Shown here piece after piece: positions 1-13,324 of a stretch of 64,000 nucleotides of DNA (positions are counted from its first letter, which is position 1; every line of letters begins with the position of its first letter). A program made the translations under genes and the position numbers. Origin of the DNA: Pavona decussata. Taxonomy: Eukaryota. The DNA lies in assembly GCA_977016875.1 (NCBI GenBank), contig CDRNST010000176.1:124001-188000 (forward strand), written 5' to 3'. Under the pieces are notes generated by a model. It saw nothing but the letters and a program-made list of their open reading frames with translations, did not search any database and was not told where the DNA came from.

Positions 1-583
1 GAAATCATACAGATGTTCGCAGAGGTTTCTCATTTGTCTGCTGGCACATAGGGTGATCTGATCCTCTACCAGCAGGGTAGAACAACTCTAGCTTTGCAAA
101 TACTGACAAAACTTCCCAGGTGCATTATATAGACTTAAAAGCCTAAAAAGTGTGTAATCAGTATGTACATTCCTAGCAAAGGAAATTTTTCCCACATCAA
201 ACTTACAGCTTTTTGTGACTTTTTAATTGGTAGCAAGATTTCTTCTAAAAGACTTGTTTACTTCTCTCTCTGATGTTTCCTAACATACCCAAGCTTTGAA
301 GCGTGGAATTAAGCAATGATATGGCTCCATAGGCTTGACTGAAGTGATATTTGAAATGATTTATTTTCTTCTGTAAGTGTAGTAGAGTTGTTGTTTTATG
401 TGACCCAAATGCTAATGTTACGTTGGCATGACCAAAGATCACGTTAGGACTACTTATTGTACCTTAATTAAGCCCCCTCTCTGGATGGATTGAACACATG
501 TTTCAATAGTGCATTGTAACTGTTGTATGTAGGAGATCTTGGGCAAGTTTGCGGAGCCATCCCACGCAATTGCTGCCAAATAA

Positions 584-750
584 CAGTGTTCCAGATAAGA
601 GAGGGGTCTCAGGTCAAAAACCCGAGAAGCCTGGCTTCCTGACCCGACAAAATGAATGGCAAACTTAGGAAGATTTAGAGAGAGCCACAGCTATTGACCC
701 CTCAAAATTCTTCATTGACTCTCTGATTTTGAAAGTTATCTGGAACACTG
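584..750. mobile_element. MITE with 15-bp TIR (hAT-like CAGTG ends); second truncated copy at ~1304-1445
   Basis: CAGTGTTCCAGATAA at 584 and TTATCTGGAACACTG ending at 750; a diverged copy starts at 1304; no clear TSD. Confidence 0.65.
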
Positions 751-1074
751 AATTTATAAATGCCCAGAAATCAAGTTTAAACTGTGTGACATGGTTCCCT
801 GAGAAATCCACCACTACATAAGCTAAGCCAAAGTTCTAACATGATAACAAACTGTCTGTAGGCCAAAGGAGAGCATTTTTGGTGAAAATTGGACTCTAAA
901 TGCCAAACCATCACTTAAACCCTTTTTCAGCAGGTCCTTTGATTAGTCAATTGATAGTTTTTTTTTACTAACCAACCAACACACTTTTACAAGAGATGGC
1001 CTAAGAATGTCTGTAAAGAGGTAGCTAGTCTAAACTAAGATAAGTTCATTGAAGAGTGCAATAATTTCTTCTAG

Positions 1075-4000
1075 CTCACAGAAGAAGATAGAGCTAAGAT
1101 GCGTCAGTACAGACGTGAGGCAGTAAAATGTGAAGCCAGAATGTTTGAAAGAAGAAGAGAGAAGTACTCCGACTTAATCTTACAAGTCATGTCTGTAATG
1201 GACAGGATTCAGGTAAATCCAGTCAGCCGTACTTTAACCTAATCGTAGCTGTTACAAGTGAGACTGATGTACAATGTTTGTTTTCGAAATTGGCGTACTG
1301 ACACAGTGTTTCAGATAAGAAAGGGGTCTCAGGTCAAAAAACCAACAGAGCTGGCTACCTGACCTGGCAATTGAAATGTTAAACTTAAGAACATTTGGAG
1401 AGACTCATCCCTACTAATCCCTGTAAAGTTCTTCACTCAGACTGCTATAACCCTTTAAGCTGTAATAGTGATCAGTATCAAATTTCTCCTTGTGTTATCA
1501 ATGCTTATTCAACCCCTGACCTTATGAGAATTAAGGATATGATCACCCAAGGTGAATTTTCTTGATATTTCAAAAACTTCTCCCTAGTGCTTTTATAAGA
1601 AAAGTATGGGGACAAGATAGGAGAATTTGTTCCTTGATATTAGGGGTTAAAGGGTTAAGAACTCATTGCAGCCTGTAAGCTTAAATTACATAGTTACAAT
1701 ACAAACTTAAATATAGAAACTATGTATGTATTATAAAGCATCAAATCACAGAGGCTAGAATGAAACTATATTATATATACTACGGTACCTAACAATAATA
1801 TATAATTAAAAACATAATCACAAGAGTTTTAGACTTTTAAAAACTCAAACACATAAAACAACTACCGTATTTACTCGAATAAGCGCCGCGGCGCTTATTT
1901 AATTTTTCGTGTCTCTTGTGCGGCGCTTATTCGAGGGCGGCGCTTATTTGAGGGCGGCGCTTATTAAAAGGCTCATACCACAAAGCCAAAACATTTCGAT
2001 TGTACAAGCAAACGCTGACAATCTCCTTACTGCAACAGTTACAGGGAAGAGAAAGAGGGAGGTTGGGCTTGTCGTACCGGCGAAGTTTACAGCCTTCACG
2101 CAAGAACTGAAGAACGCGAACATTTTGAAGAGAGAACTGAATGAAAGAGCATATTGAGATATACTCACTTCGAACTGAAAAACATCACTATTGATGAAAA
2201 TAAATTCTCATTGCTGGCTTACAACCACATTGCAGCGATTACTGTGTATTTTTATCATCTTATGGAAATACTCAAATAAGCGCCGCACCGGAGCTGCGGC
2301 GCTTATTCGAGGGCGGCGCTTATTAACCATTCCATTCCATGTGCGGCGCTTAATCGAGGGCGGCGCTTATTCGGAGGCGGCGCTTATTCGAGTAAATACG
2401 GTAAATGATTACTTACAACTAGAAAATAATTAATGTCATAAAACACTAGAATAAAATAGAAATGACTGTAAATTATATTATGTATCACTCTCTCTCTCTC
2501 TATATATGCTGCATATGAGTACAAAATGCTTTGAGAGAACTGAATTAATGAGGTATTTCCTGGTCTGGTTATTTCTTCCTGCAGGGCAACATGTGAGGTG
2601 GCATAAATCACTGCCTACTCAAGTTTCAACCAAATTTTATTTCATTTTCTTAGGAACAAAGAGAAGCAGAACATGGACACAATGAAAGTGTAAGAGAGAG
2701 AACTCTCACCAATGAAATTGGTGAAACAAAAGATACCAGCAGAACGTCATATGAACCTGATCACAGAAGGCAAACTTGGGATGTTCCTATGGGTGGAAGA
2801 AATTCAAAACAGGAACAGTTTACAAATTCCTTTCCAGATTGGACTGAAAAACAGGGCGACCAATCCAAGAGAGTTGATAGCCAGATGAGTTATTTACCAA
2901 ATTCGGATGAGTCAATGCTTGTCACCTCTGATGAAAGGAGAATACTCAAACACCAGTTTACAGGACAAGTGGATTCTAGGGAACAAACTCGAAGAGTGCC
3001 ACTGGGATTTGTGGGTCCAGATCTTCCTCTTAGCTCTACAATTGATAAAGATGCTTCTGATTTAAAGAGGCCATTTCCACAAGGGCTTTCTGTTGCTTCA
3101 AATGGAATGTTCTCAGATAGCACATTAGACGCAACTCAGAGGAACAAATCACTGTCATTTCAGCAAGATAGGAAAGGTTTGGAGTATGACTCTCTGGCAT
3201 CTACTTCGTTGTCTGTGGCTTTTTCAGGTGAGTGAGTGAGTTTAGCATGAACATGTGATCATCAGAAATTCAGTTCTTGTGAGGTGCTAACCTACAATCA
3301 TGCCCAATTTGGTACAGTGCTCTTGTTTCCTTTTATATGATTGGTCACTTGCTAAAATCAGACCAGGTAGAATCTTCCATAAGACCTTGTGCCAGCGGCC
3401 AATTTAGTGTGGCCATGGGAATCACATATTAAATTAGAAGAATTTCAACATTTTGGCAACCTGGGCCATACTGTCTCCATTGTAAAGTTAACTGGAATGG
3501 TTTTATTGTTAGTTACATCCCATGATTCATTGTATCTGTCAGCTGAGTTAAAAACACTAACTGTTAGCCAGATTGAAAGTTATGTAAATGGATATTTTAC
3601 AGAATTTGTGGTTTCTTCACAGATTCTAGTAATGCTACACTGTATTCAGTGATAGAAACAGAGCCAAGATCAACTGTTCAACAACAAGCTCACCCGCAAT
3701 CAGGAACAAATGATACCTATAATGGAGATTGTTATGAACAGCAAGCATCTACAGCTCAATTGAAAACTCCTCAGACCAATACAAGGTCTATGTCCACAAA
3801 ACAAAAGCATGAACAGCAAAGACCAAAATCTGCTAGACTGTCAAAGGGACCTCCATTGTCAGACCAAGACAAGACCTTGGCAAATTTGGAAAAACTGAGA
3901 CAAAAGCTTCTTGAAGAGAAGCAAAAGCACTTCGATGCTCTGAAGCAACAAGAGCTTAAAAGACTTCGAAAACAACAGAAAGAGGTACCAGTGGAGTTAG

Positions 4001-7000
4001 ATCAGTCTTACACTTCTTCTCACTGCATTACTCATACACACACAACTGAGAGGCCTCGCTCTAGCTCCACACCTTCAACAAGGACTTTAGACTTCAAACA
4101 ATCACCTGGAAATAGCCGGGTGATTGGCAGGTCATCACCTCTCCGCAGGCCTCTTTCAATGCCGCCCGGTGAAATGTACTCAATTCTTGAGCTCAGTGGG
4201 GAGAGTCTTGAATTTGATGCACATGACCATAGCACTGAACCTGAATCATCCTCCGATAAAGAGAACCATATTATGAATGGAGATTTGAGCATGAACAAGA
4301 GTAATGCTTTCTCCAGGAATGTTGCAGTGAGAATAAACAATGGACAAAACATGCATTTAAGCTCCTCTCAAAGGAGTGACTACAAGACCTCTACAATTCC
4401 AAGAGAAGGTTTTAAGGTATAGCCCTTATATTTAAAATATATCAAAATTAATTTACCTTTGGTCAACACTCACAATAATTGGACCTGATGCCTTAACAGC
4501 TGTCATGTATAATAAATATTACATGGGCATGTGGCATTTACTTACAGTATTTACATATACAATGTAGACTGATTGACAAGTTAGACTGAGTTAATTTCAT
4601 TTGCAGTATATGCTTCAAACTAAAAAAAGAACTGTTGTCAGGTGTGGAATGCAAACCATAAACACTGTGTGACTCAGCAGAATAATGTCACAAACTAGAA
4701 TAATTAGGGTGGCCAGGATGGAATAAAATGTCAAGTCAAGTCCTCTGGAATTAATGGTATTCAACATACAAGATTCAGTGTTCCAGTTGCTGGTGAAATG
4801 ACCATCTTCTTCACTATCTCAGCCAGCTACTCTGCTTGGCACTTGTTTGCAAAGCATATCATTGTTTGGTTAGCCATCTACTTTTTATTAGAACTTTCTG
4901 ACAACCCTGAGTTTACAGTACCACTCAAAAGTAAGTTACCACACTCTCACGAGACGTGATTCTCGTCTTGAGAGACGAGACAACCTTCTCACGAGAGCCT
5001 CTAAAAACTGTAAGTACGAAGCTTCATCCTCTTGCGACATAGAACATGAGCCTTAAAAGGGACAAAAATCATTTCATGTTTCAATCAAAGATTATGTAAA
5101 TTTCACACAAAACCCATTGCTGACTTCATCTGGATTTTATAAAACCTGGAAAAATGCTACAGTGCGGTGAACATTGTTTTCAAATGTTGATTTACTTTTT
5201 GACTACTGTTTTACTGATCAGTTGAACCAAAATCCTATAACTTTTGTGATTTCCTTCATAAAGCCGTTTCAACTTTGATCGACCGATTCTTTCAACCAAG
5301 CTGAAGTGTCTGCAAGAATTACATGGCCTAGCCCTCGTCTCTCGAGAAACGAGACGTGACTGGCCAGTAACTTACTTTCGAGCGGTACTGTACCAAACTA
5401 TATTCCATTGCCAGCCAGTTACTTTTAAAAGACAGCCATTGTAGTTAGTACAATGGTGTACTTTAGAATTTTTCCGACAACCCAAAGATAATTCAACAAA
5501 GGTCTTATACCTGACAATATCGCTGCAACTGTTGTTCATGCCCAAGGTTCTCTCCTTCCTCAAAAGGTTTTTAGAGTATCGATATAGACATTTACTAAAA
5601 GTATGATAAACACTTCTTATAATGCACTGTACCTGTTTCCCATACTTAACCACCAGGTCACTTTCTTTTTGCATTGGCCATAAAAGCCAGAACTTGCATC
5701 TTGTAAGCGAGTTGTAAAGAGCCTCATGGTATTGACATTTTTTGTAGTTTTTTGCGAGTAATGGAAGAGACAAATTTGCCAAACTCTCTGCACATGCTAA
5801 AGGATTTCTGACAAGGCTGTTGATGAAAACAGACAAAGTGCAAGGCTTGGTTAAGACAATTAAGGTAAGCAGTTTAGCTTGACAGTATATTTTGTATTAG
5901 AAAATGAACACTCTGTCTCGAGGAGATGAGAGTTTATCTCATCATCATCATTATCATTGTCATCACGATCATCGTCCTTCCAGCTGTCGTCACCGTCATC
6001 ATCTTCATCATCATTGTTACCATCATTATAATAATCCTAGTGGCACTCCTCTTTGTACAGGAGGCCTTTTGGAAAAAGATGGTCCTGTTGGAAGATGTTC
6101 TTTAAGTAAAGGAATTTTATCCACAGCGCAATGTTGTTGGCGGAGGTTTAGAGGTCATTATTGTTGAGCATGTCAGACTTTCAACCTAAAAAGTTGTTGC
6201 TTTTTTTATGAGTCATGCTCACTGTTGTGGTGCCGTGTTCTTAGACAAGAAACTTCACCCCATGTTGTATTTCTTCATTTCGATGTGCACTGGATTAACA
6301 TAGCCTCAAACTGATTGTGAAAACTTAAAATATGCTTTGAGCAACCTTGTGTTTGTCTGTATAGTGTCCCATCTTAGATGCTTTAAAGAAAATACACTAT
6401 TTTGTTTTGGCAGTCAAGGCAAGCTTAAACCACCAGTCTGCTTACTGAGAAGTCAGACATGCTAACTTCAAATACATGTTTCCTTGGAGAGGAAGGGACA
6501 GAGGGAGGGTGGGAGAAAAAGGGTGAAGTTAACAAGTTGTGCTTTCATTTAACAGGACACCAGAGATGTTCTAGAGGATATGTCAAAAGAGGACACACAG
6601 ACCGTGCAGGAAAAAATGTTGAAAGAAAATGTGAAGAGTCATGTATGTATTTAACAAAATTTAATAATTGTTAAGCAGTCGCATTGTGTACATGTATTTT
6701 TCAGTAAGTGGCAGAGGCATATGTGGGAAAAGAAAATCTGAGTCCTCCCAACAGGAGTCAAACCTATGACCTTACGATTACTTGTTCAGATGCCCTATCA
6801 CTGGGTGCAGGTCAGGAGACTCGTGGGAGCTAGGCCATTAAACTACTGGTTCAAAAAGCTATTTCTGCTATTTTCTATTTAACCATAAATTATGTGAATC
6901 TCAATCTCAATACTTTGGAAGTGTATAATTATTAAAGAACTTTACAATTTATTGTAAGCTTGAACAGGGGCTCTCCCCGTAAAGCCCCAAAGGGTTTACT

Positions 7001-9756
7001 GAGAGCTCCTGCCCAAGCATAATTTAATATATGATTTGAAATGGGCAAATAAAAAAATGATTGATTGATGATTGATCGAATTTAAAAGTTTTGTTGAACT
7101 AAAGACATTACTTTTCTTGCTCACCTCTTGCTCTACCCTTTGTCCGACTGGAAAAAATTTTTGTGCTTATTTAGCCTAATGCTTGTTTTAGTTTTGCCTT
7201 GGGTAGACATTTTTCTTATGTTCACTGCACGTGCATTAAACAAATTTTTCCAATTATCTTGTCAGCTCAACGTGGCAAGGGGTAGTCTCCATGATGTCTT
7301 CTTTACAATTCATGTGAAAGAGAGAATGTCTTACATTGCTCACTCAAGGGGTGTAGCACGGGCAAAACAAGTCAAGAGAGTTACCAGGGTGAGTGACTTT
7401 GATCTGCAATGTGCAGTAAATTGATAAGCGTTTACTGATTTATAGAATGATGTCACTGAAGTACTAACTGTATTATATTATTGTCAGAGTTCTGCTGGTC
7501 AGTCAAAACTATCTGCTGTCACTTTACGAGCAATCCAGAGAAGACAGGAAGGCTTGGAAAAGTATCCTTGAATTTAACACTTCGGTAAAAAATTCTTCAT
7601 ATTTTCTTAATAATCCAACAGTTAAATGTAGGATTATCAGTAGTTATAAATGATCTCATGTTTGTAGATCAGTCTAAACCCTCCCGCACTCCCCCCCCCT
7701 CTTCCCCCAAAAATTGAGATAGAAATCTTCCCACTTTACATTGCACAAACACAATTAAATCTTCTCTCTTTTGTTGAAGATAGACTGAATTGGCTGAATT
7801 AGAAAATACTTATTGGATGAAAGGTCACTGTTTTATATATACCAGTATTTTTTTTTTGTCCTTAACCACTTACTATAGTCAAAGTTCTGTAAGGCAAACT
7901 GAAAATCCCAAGGTCAAGCCTAAACCAGAAGTTAGGGAAGAGAAGAAAAGAAAAAACTGGAATATCAGGTCAGTTCAGCTTTTATTACTACTGGTGGTAA
8001 ACAATGGCTGTAAAGTGTGGGTTTCATTGCAGATGTTAGCACAGCGTCAACAAATTTGCATGACCATGAAAGCCCTATTTCCACAAAAAAGTAATTATTT
8101 AAGGACGATGCCTACTTTTGTAACTGCGCATACGCTCTGCACATCTCGAGATACTCAGGCTTCCTATGGGTGGTGCTTACCAATACAGGGATATTTTTGC
8201 ACGGTTTAAAACTATGTGGAGAAAATGTTCAGAATCAACTTAGCAAGTGCTCTTGGTATCTAAAAAGAAAACTGGGGGTAACTAAGCATTTTTTAGAGAT
8301 AATTAAGCTTCAATTTGGAGGAACATGCCATACATTTCTTTGTATTTTACTGCTTTTAAGAATAATTATTGTTGCTTAATTATTTCTAAAAAAATGCACA
8401 GTTACTCCCAAATTTCTTTTTGGATTTTAATAGCCCTTGTTAAGATCTACTTTTCCTGCATAGTCATAAACCGCGCAAAAATACTTCGGTATTAGTAGGC
8501 ACCGTCCTTAATAATAAAATCATGTTACAATAAAGAAGACATGTAATGTAGTAGCTTTTGTAGTTACCAGTGTATTGCAAAAAGGGGGCCTAGCAAAATG
8601 AAAAAAGCCAACAGCAACAACTCGTGCAGAACTGGAGATGGGTGCTGGCAGTGAGTGGCGGAGGCACATACATTCTAATAAAAAGAAATAATTATAATTC
8701 CACTGGGTTAGGAAAATAATGAGATCCCGTTGTTGAGATGTAAATTATCTGGCAGCCAAATGCTCACCATACTATTAAATGTAGGCTTATTCAATTCTTG
8801 GAGAGTGAGACAATATTATGACTGAAGAATATCTTCTAAGTTGTCCTTGTAAAATATTATTAATTTTTTATCAATCGTAGCCTGTAACAGTTTTTTTTTC
8901 ATCTATAAACAGAGTACTGAAACCGCAACTGGGGCATGTGTCGCCACCCCTACCAGACAGGACAAGGTACAGGTTTACTTCAACTTATAAATAAACAGTT
9001 TTTATTTATGTTGATGTAGTCAAAGAATTCAAATGAATATGTGTTTTTACTCCTCAAAGCGGTGTTAATCCTGTAACGTCTCTCTTTTATGTCAAGAAAA
9101 TATTTCATATCCTTCTTCTCCTTGAATCTGGCCAACAAGATACAAAGATCCCAATTTTTTATGCACACGTCTCCACTCAAATCTTGGTGATTTTACTTAT
9201 TTTGTATCCTCGTTTTACTACTCTTTTAGGTCTAAAAAACAAGCAAACAGACCCACTACAGCTCCAGACAGACCACTGTAAGTACACATCTACAGGCCTG
9301 GCCCCAGTTGTTCAAAGAGCGGATAATTTTATCCACTGGATAGGTTACTCTGATTGTTAGAATTTTTTAAATCTCGAATTGTTTTTTCTTTCTTTTAGAA
9401 ATTCTAGGTTGCAAAAAGAGGAAACAGTTAAGCGTCCACAAACGGCAGAGCCAGTTCGTGCAAACCCTGACAGACCATCGAGGGTGAGCTTAGGGGGTGG
9501 CAATTCAAATCAACAAGCCAAAAGGCCTGCGAGAAAAAGTCTGGGAGGAATTCACCAACAGCCTAAGATGGTAGGGGCTTTGGCGAATACCAACCGCACT
9601 GTTCAACTAAGAGCGCAGAAAAGATTAAGCTTACCAGAGAGCGCTCAGCCAAGAGTGAGAGCCCATGTGGGAGCGCGTGATACGATACAAAGGCCACAAA
9701 CAGCTTCTGAAGTCAAGAGAAGTGCAAGAACATTGGCTGCTAACTTTGCGAAATGA
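1075..9756 (+). CDS. CCP110: Centriolar coiled-coil protein of 110 kDa (CP110), 5' end missing from window; 11 exons
   Basis: GT-AG exons in consistent phase: 1075-1212, 2654-3227, 3623-4416, 5748-5864, 6556-6642, 7266-7388, 7488-7561, 7879-7968, 8913-8966, 9230-9277, 9399-9756 (2457 nt, stop TGA). Segments resemble CP110 conserved blocks: N-terminal LTEEDRAKMRQYRREAVKCEAR..VMDRIQ; C-terminal KLSAHAKGFLTRLLMKTDKVQGLVKTIKDT, QLNVARGSLHDVFFTIHVKERMSYIAHSR, KLSAVTLRAIQRR, RVLKPQLG. No ATG exon found in window. Confidence 0.88.
1451..1654. mobile_element. piggyBac-like MITE; decayed relative at ~27898-28084
   Basis: (a)taa|CCCTTTAA...TTAAAGGG|ttaa termini with TTAA-type target. Confidence 0.65.
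1865..2401. mobile_element. Tc1/mariner (pogo-like) non-autonomous element
   Basis: TIR CCGTATTTACTCGAATAAGCGCCG / CGGCGCTTATTCGAGTAAATACGG, TA on both sides, many subterminal GGCGGCGCTTATT repeats. Confidence 0.85.
4916..5390. mobile_element. Tc1/mariner-type MITE
   Basis: TA|CAGTACCACTCAAAAGTAAGTTAC ... GTAACTTACTTTCGAGCGGTACTG|TA. Confidence 0.8.
6705..6850 (-). mobile_element. tRNA-derived SINE fragment
   Basis: Reverse complement reads as a degenerate tRNA-like head (A-box-like CAGTGATAGGGCATC, B-box-like GGTTTGACTCC) followed by body sequence. Confidence 0.55.
8103..8507. mobile_element. TTAA-targeting MITE (Kolobok-like GG ends), copy 1
   Basis: TTAA|GGACGATGCCTACT ... AGTAGGCACCGTCC|TTAA; related to the copy at 31560-31951 over its full length. 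Confidence 0.85.
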
Positions 9757-11779
9757 TCAACAGTTCTGCCTCAAACATTATGATTCTGTTCATTGATAAA
9801 CGTATAAAACTGACTGGAATAGATACGCCTGTTGTATCTTACATTAACTTAGAATTTGGAGGAATAAAAATGGGCAAAAAAATTCGGGAAATGTTTTAAT
9901 GTCATCCTGGCATCAAGGTCAGATTAAAAAGAGTTGGAGCGAATGGGGGAAAAAGCCAATCTGAGATGGCAGTTGAGCTTATACACAAATTAAACAATAC
10001 CTAAACAATACATAAATGACAGAAAGAAAAATGAAAGAGAAAGCAAGAAAGAAAGGAAGGAGGGAGGGAGGGAGGAAGGAGGGAGCTGCTAATTCTTAAC
10101 TTGAGAATAATGCCAGAATATCATTAAAATGTTGTTCTTTTTCTTGCTTATTTTACTCTTAAATGAATACATAGTTAGTGTGTCCGAGAGTATTTAATGT
10201 GAACTGTTATGGTCATCCGTGCATGTAACAATTTTGGTAAAGTTCTTTCAGTGGTAGCCGTTGTTTTTCGTTTTGACACCTTTTCGTAGTTCTTGTAAAG
10301 CTGTTCCAACGACTTCCAACTTCGATTTAAGCTTTTCATGTTGCGGATGATCTTTCTGTCAGTTTGTTGTTCAAGACTCGTTGCCTTTGATCGAACATTA
10401 AAGCTTTACTAAAGAGGTTCTAACCCCTTGAAATGAAAGCACACAGCTATTGCTAAGTAGGCCGGAAAAAGTAACAAAAGGAAACGGTGGAATAAGTGTG
10501 CGATAGTGACTAATGTTCTCATTTCTAATTCACAGATATTTAAACCACTCTAACAACAAATGCGGAAATACCGGTATTTTTGAGGCAAGCACATTCTATA
10601 AACTTATAGCCACGACTTTCAAACAATCACAGCGTGTTTTGCTACCTTCTGTATAAGAGTCGGAAAAAGTTTTGTAGCCTATGTACTGTGGCAGGGCCTC
10701 TGTCTTTAAACTTGGATACACAATTGAATTTCTTATATGTGATGGTAATGCATAAAAATTTATTGTAAAGGCAGGCCATCTTTGGAGTTAAATAAAAATT
10801 GCATCAGTCGCTGCCGAGAAAATTTCCTATAAAAACTTGAGACTTGATAATTGTTTATACCCAGTGATGAAGGCAGTGTGCAAAAGGACATTTTCCCTTT
10901 TTGTAGAAATAAACTTAATAACTGTTCTGCCACTATTGGCCTTGCCTACTTTTTGCCCTGTAACAAGGCACGAGAACTTCGTGTTGAAAATTCTTGCTGA
11001 TAAAGTGCTGTTTAATATTCTAATCTTGACACTACACTTTCGAAGTGGGGCGTGACCGGTTGCGTAAAGGCTCGAATATCGATTTCTGGTCGAAAAAAGC
11101 TTTTTCAGTTTTTTTTTTTTACAAAACAACTGTATAACACGTAACTAGCAAACGAGACCAAATGTGTCTCGTAAAAACCATACTTTAATTTGTTTTTGCA
11201 CATTTTCCCACGTTTGCACTAATACCGTCAGACCCCTTACCACGATGAGCTTCTGGAAATTAACTTGACTTTCTTCATTTTCCTTTGCCATTTTGACAGT
11301 TTCTAGAGCATATACATAGATCGTAATGGCGGTCGAGTCTAACCAATGGAATGGCATTACCTAACTTACCGCCTTGTAAGGCATTGATATGCGTAACAAA
11401 CTTGTCACCATTTTTTTTCTCTGAAAAATAAGTTTACTCTCAGGCCTCGTTCCACTCGCAACTGACGAGAGACCACAGAAACAGCAAAAATAGTGTCGTG
11501 TACTGAAGGGTCTGAAAATAAAAGCATACGGATGGAATATTCTTCCAAGCTAGAAAATCAATGTTCCCCTGTTCCCTAAAAAGACCCAACAGTTCCCTTT
11601 TTTCCCTAAAAGTTACTTCAAGATATCCCTTAGTTTCCTGAAAGTAAATGGCCAGTTCCCTTGTTCCCAAAACTCCTGGAAGGCCCTCTGTGATAGATCA
11701 ACTCAAAAGTCGCAACAGAAGGTTTTGTGGTAGGGTGCCTTCTTTAGCTTATCTCAAATACAGTTGTGACACCAAAAAT

Positions 11780-12652
11780 GCGACCTCCTGTCACCGTTAC
11801 CTATACTTTCTACATGAGGAGTACAGGCGCTCATTACGCTATGATTCATTCTCAAGCGAGTGGGAGACATTTTGGAATGGAGTGCAGATAAAAATTAAAT
11901 TGTGTATGTGTTAGAAATGAAGATAATATTTACGTCTTGATGTGTGAATATGGTACATCTTGCCCCGGCTGTGTTTGTGTGCATCCTAGTGGAGTCTACT
12001 CACCTTGTGGCAAAAGACATCTTTCCTATCTCGTGAAATACACACCTGAATCAAACTCTTGGGAATATATATCATCATGTGACATGGGTTTGAGGTTTGA
12101 AATTTGTGCTTGGCCAAAAACAATTTTATTTATTTTCTTGGTGGTTCAAAAAAAGAGGGTGACCAATACAGTCATCAATACACAGCCCTAACTGATGCTG
12201 ACAGGTATGACCTTGGTACAAACACATGGAACAGAATAGCTGACCTTCAGGAGCTCAAAAGGCATGCTTGCGGCAATGAGGCACTATATCTTGTGAAGTG
12301 TACCATGAAACAACAAATGAATGGCAGTTTATAGCAAGGCCAAAGATGGTAAACAACTTGACGTGTTTGTGTGTTGATGACAAGTTCTATTTAGTAAAAC
12401 GTTTTATTTCCAGCAAAGGAAACCCAAATCAACAGGACAGTATTATTGAATACTATGACCCTGGTAAGAATGAATGGCATGAGCCTGAACACTCCAGTAC
12501 CTTTGAAATGGAACAACGATGTACTGAGTGTAGACTACAACAAAATTACTTTTGCTTGTTTAATGAGAGTGTTTAAAGGATCAAAATTCCTTCAGCAAGT
12601 CTCAATCCCAAAAGACCATTCAGAAGCTGGCAAGAAATGTGTGATCATGTGA
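11780..12652 (+). pseudogene. Kelch-repeat (KLHL-like) pseudogene fragment with C-terminal CaaX box
   Basis: Kelch motifs spread over different frames: RYDSFSSEW, KYTPESNSWEYIS, FIYFLGG..DADRYDLGTNTWNRIADLQ, YHETTNEWQFIA, IEYYDPGKNEW; ends GKKCVIM*. Several frameshifts, no BTB/BACK domain, no introns; AATAAA at ~12705. Confidence 0.8.
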
Positions 12653-13040
12653 ACTGACATTAGAGGAATTAGTTCTGTTAGCTGTCAATCCAGCCAAATT
12701 TAGAATAAAATTGTGTTCACTAGCTTGTTTTATTCCTAGACATTGCACAATCAACTGAGACAACTTCTAAAGTACAATCAAAATTGTGAAGGTTTAAACT
12801 CTGTGGGAGGAGCTCAGCAACCACGTGTATGGCATTTGACTTGTTTGAAGAATTCTTCATCTAAAAAAAAGAAAAAAAAACCCTTCCTGCAGCCACAAAA
12901 TAATCTGGATCAAAATTAATGCCCTCATTTTGGGTGATTATTTTCATCGTCATCTAAAAGTATATATGCTGTACAGGGGCGGGGGAGAACACTCCATAGC
13001 GCCTGGCACTTTTTTTGTATCTGAATCATCCAACAAAAGT

Positions 13041-13080
13041 TGACGTCACATCCGGTCCGAAAATGAGCTTGGCGGGAAAA
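13041..13080 (+). promoter_or_regulatory. Putative promoter: CRE palindrome and E2F site ahead of a GTAAGT donor
   Basis: TGACGTCA at 13041-13048; TTGGCGGGAAAA at 13069-13080; consensus donor CG|GTAAGT at 13112/13113. Confidence 0.45.
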
Positions 13081-13324
13081 TCAAGATTCACCGCGACAGT
13101 TTCGTTCGTTCGGTAAGTAAAATGGCAATATTTTTTTAATCCTCTTCATTTTTTTTCCTTTGGTTTCGTCATGTTGAAGACAAATATGTTTTCTGTTCCC
13201 ACACTTCGTTAGTTAAATGAATACGCTAAATAAGTATTCAAAACCTGTTGTTTTGGAGGCGTCTTCTTTCTGAAAAATGTCTGCGTTTCTCTCCCCTGAA
13301 GGGTTACGCAAATAAGTTAAAAGA

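Noticed and set aside
5904-6167. His-rich 87-aa ORF
   Set aside because: Translation of a degenerate (CAT)n microsatellite inside a CCP110 intron
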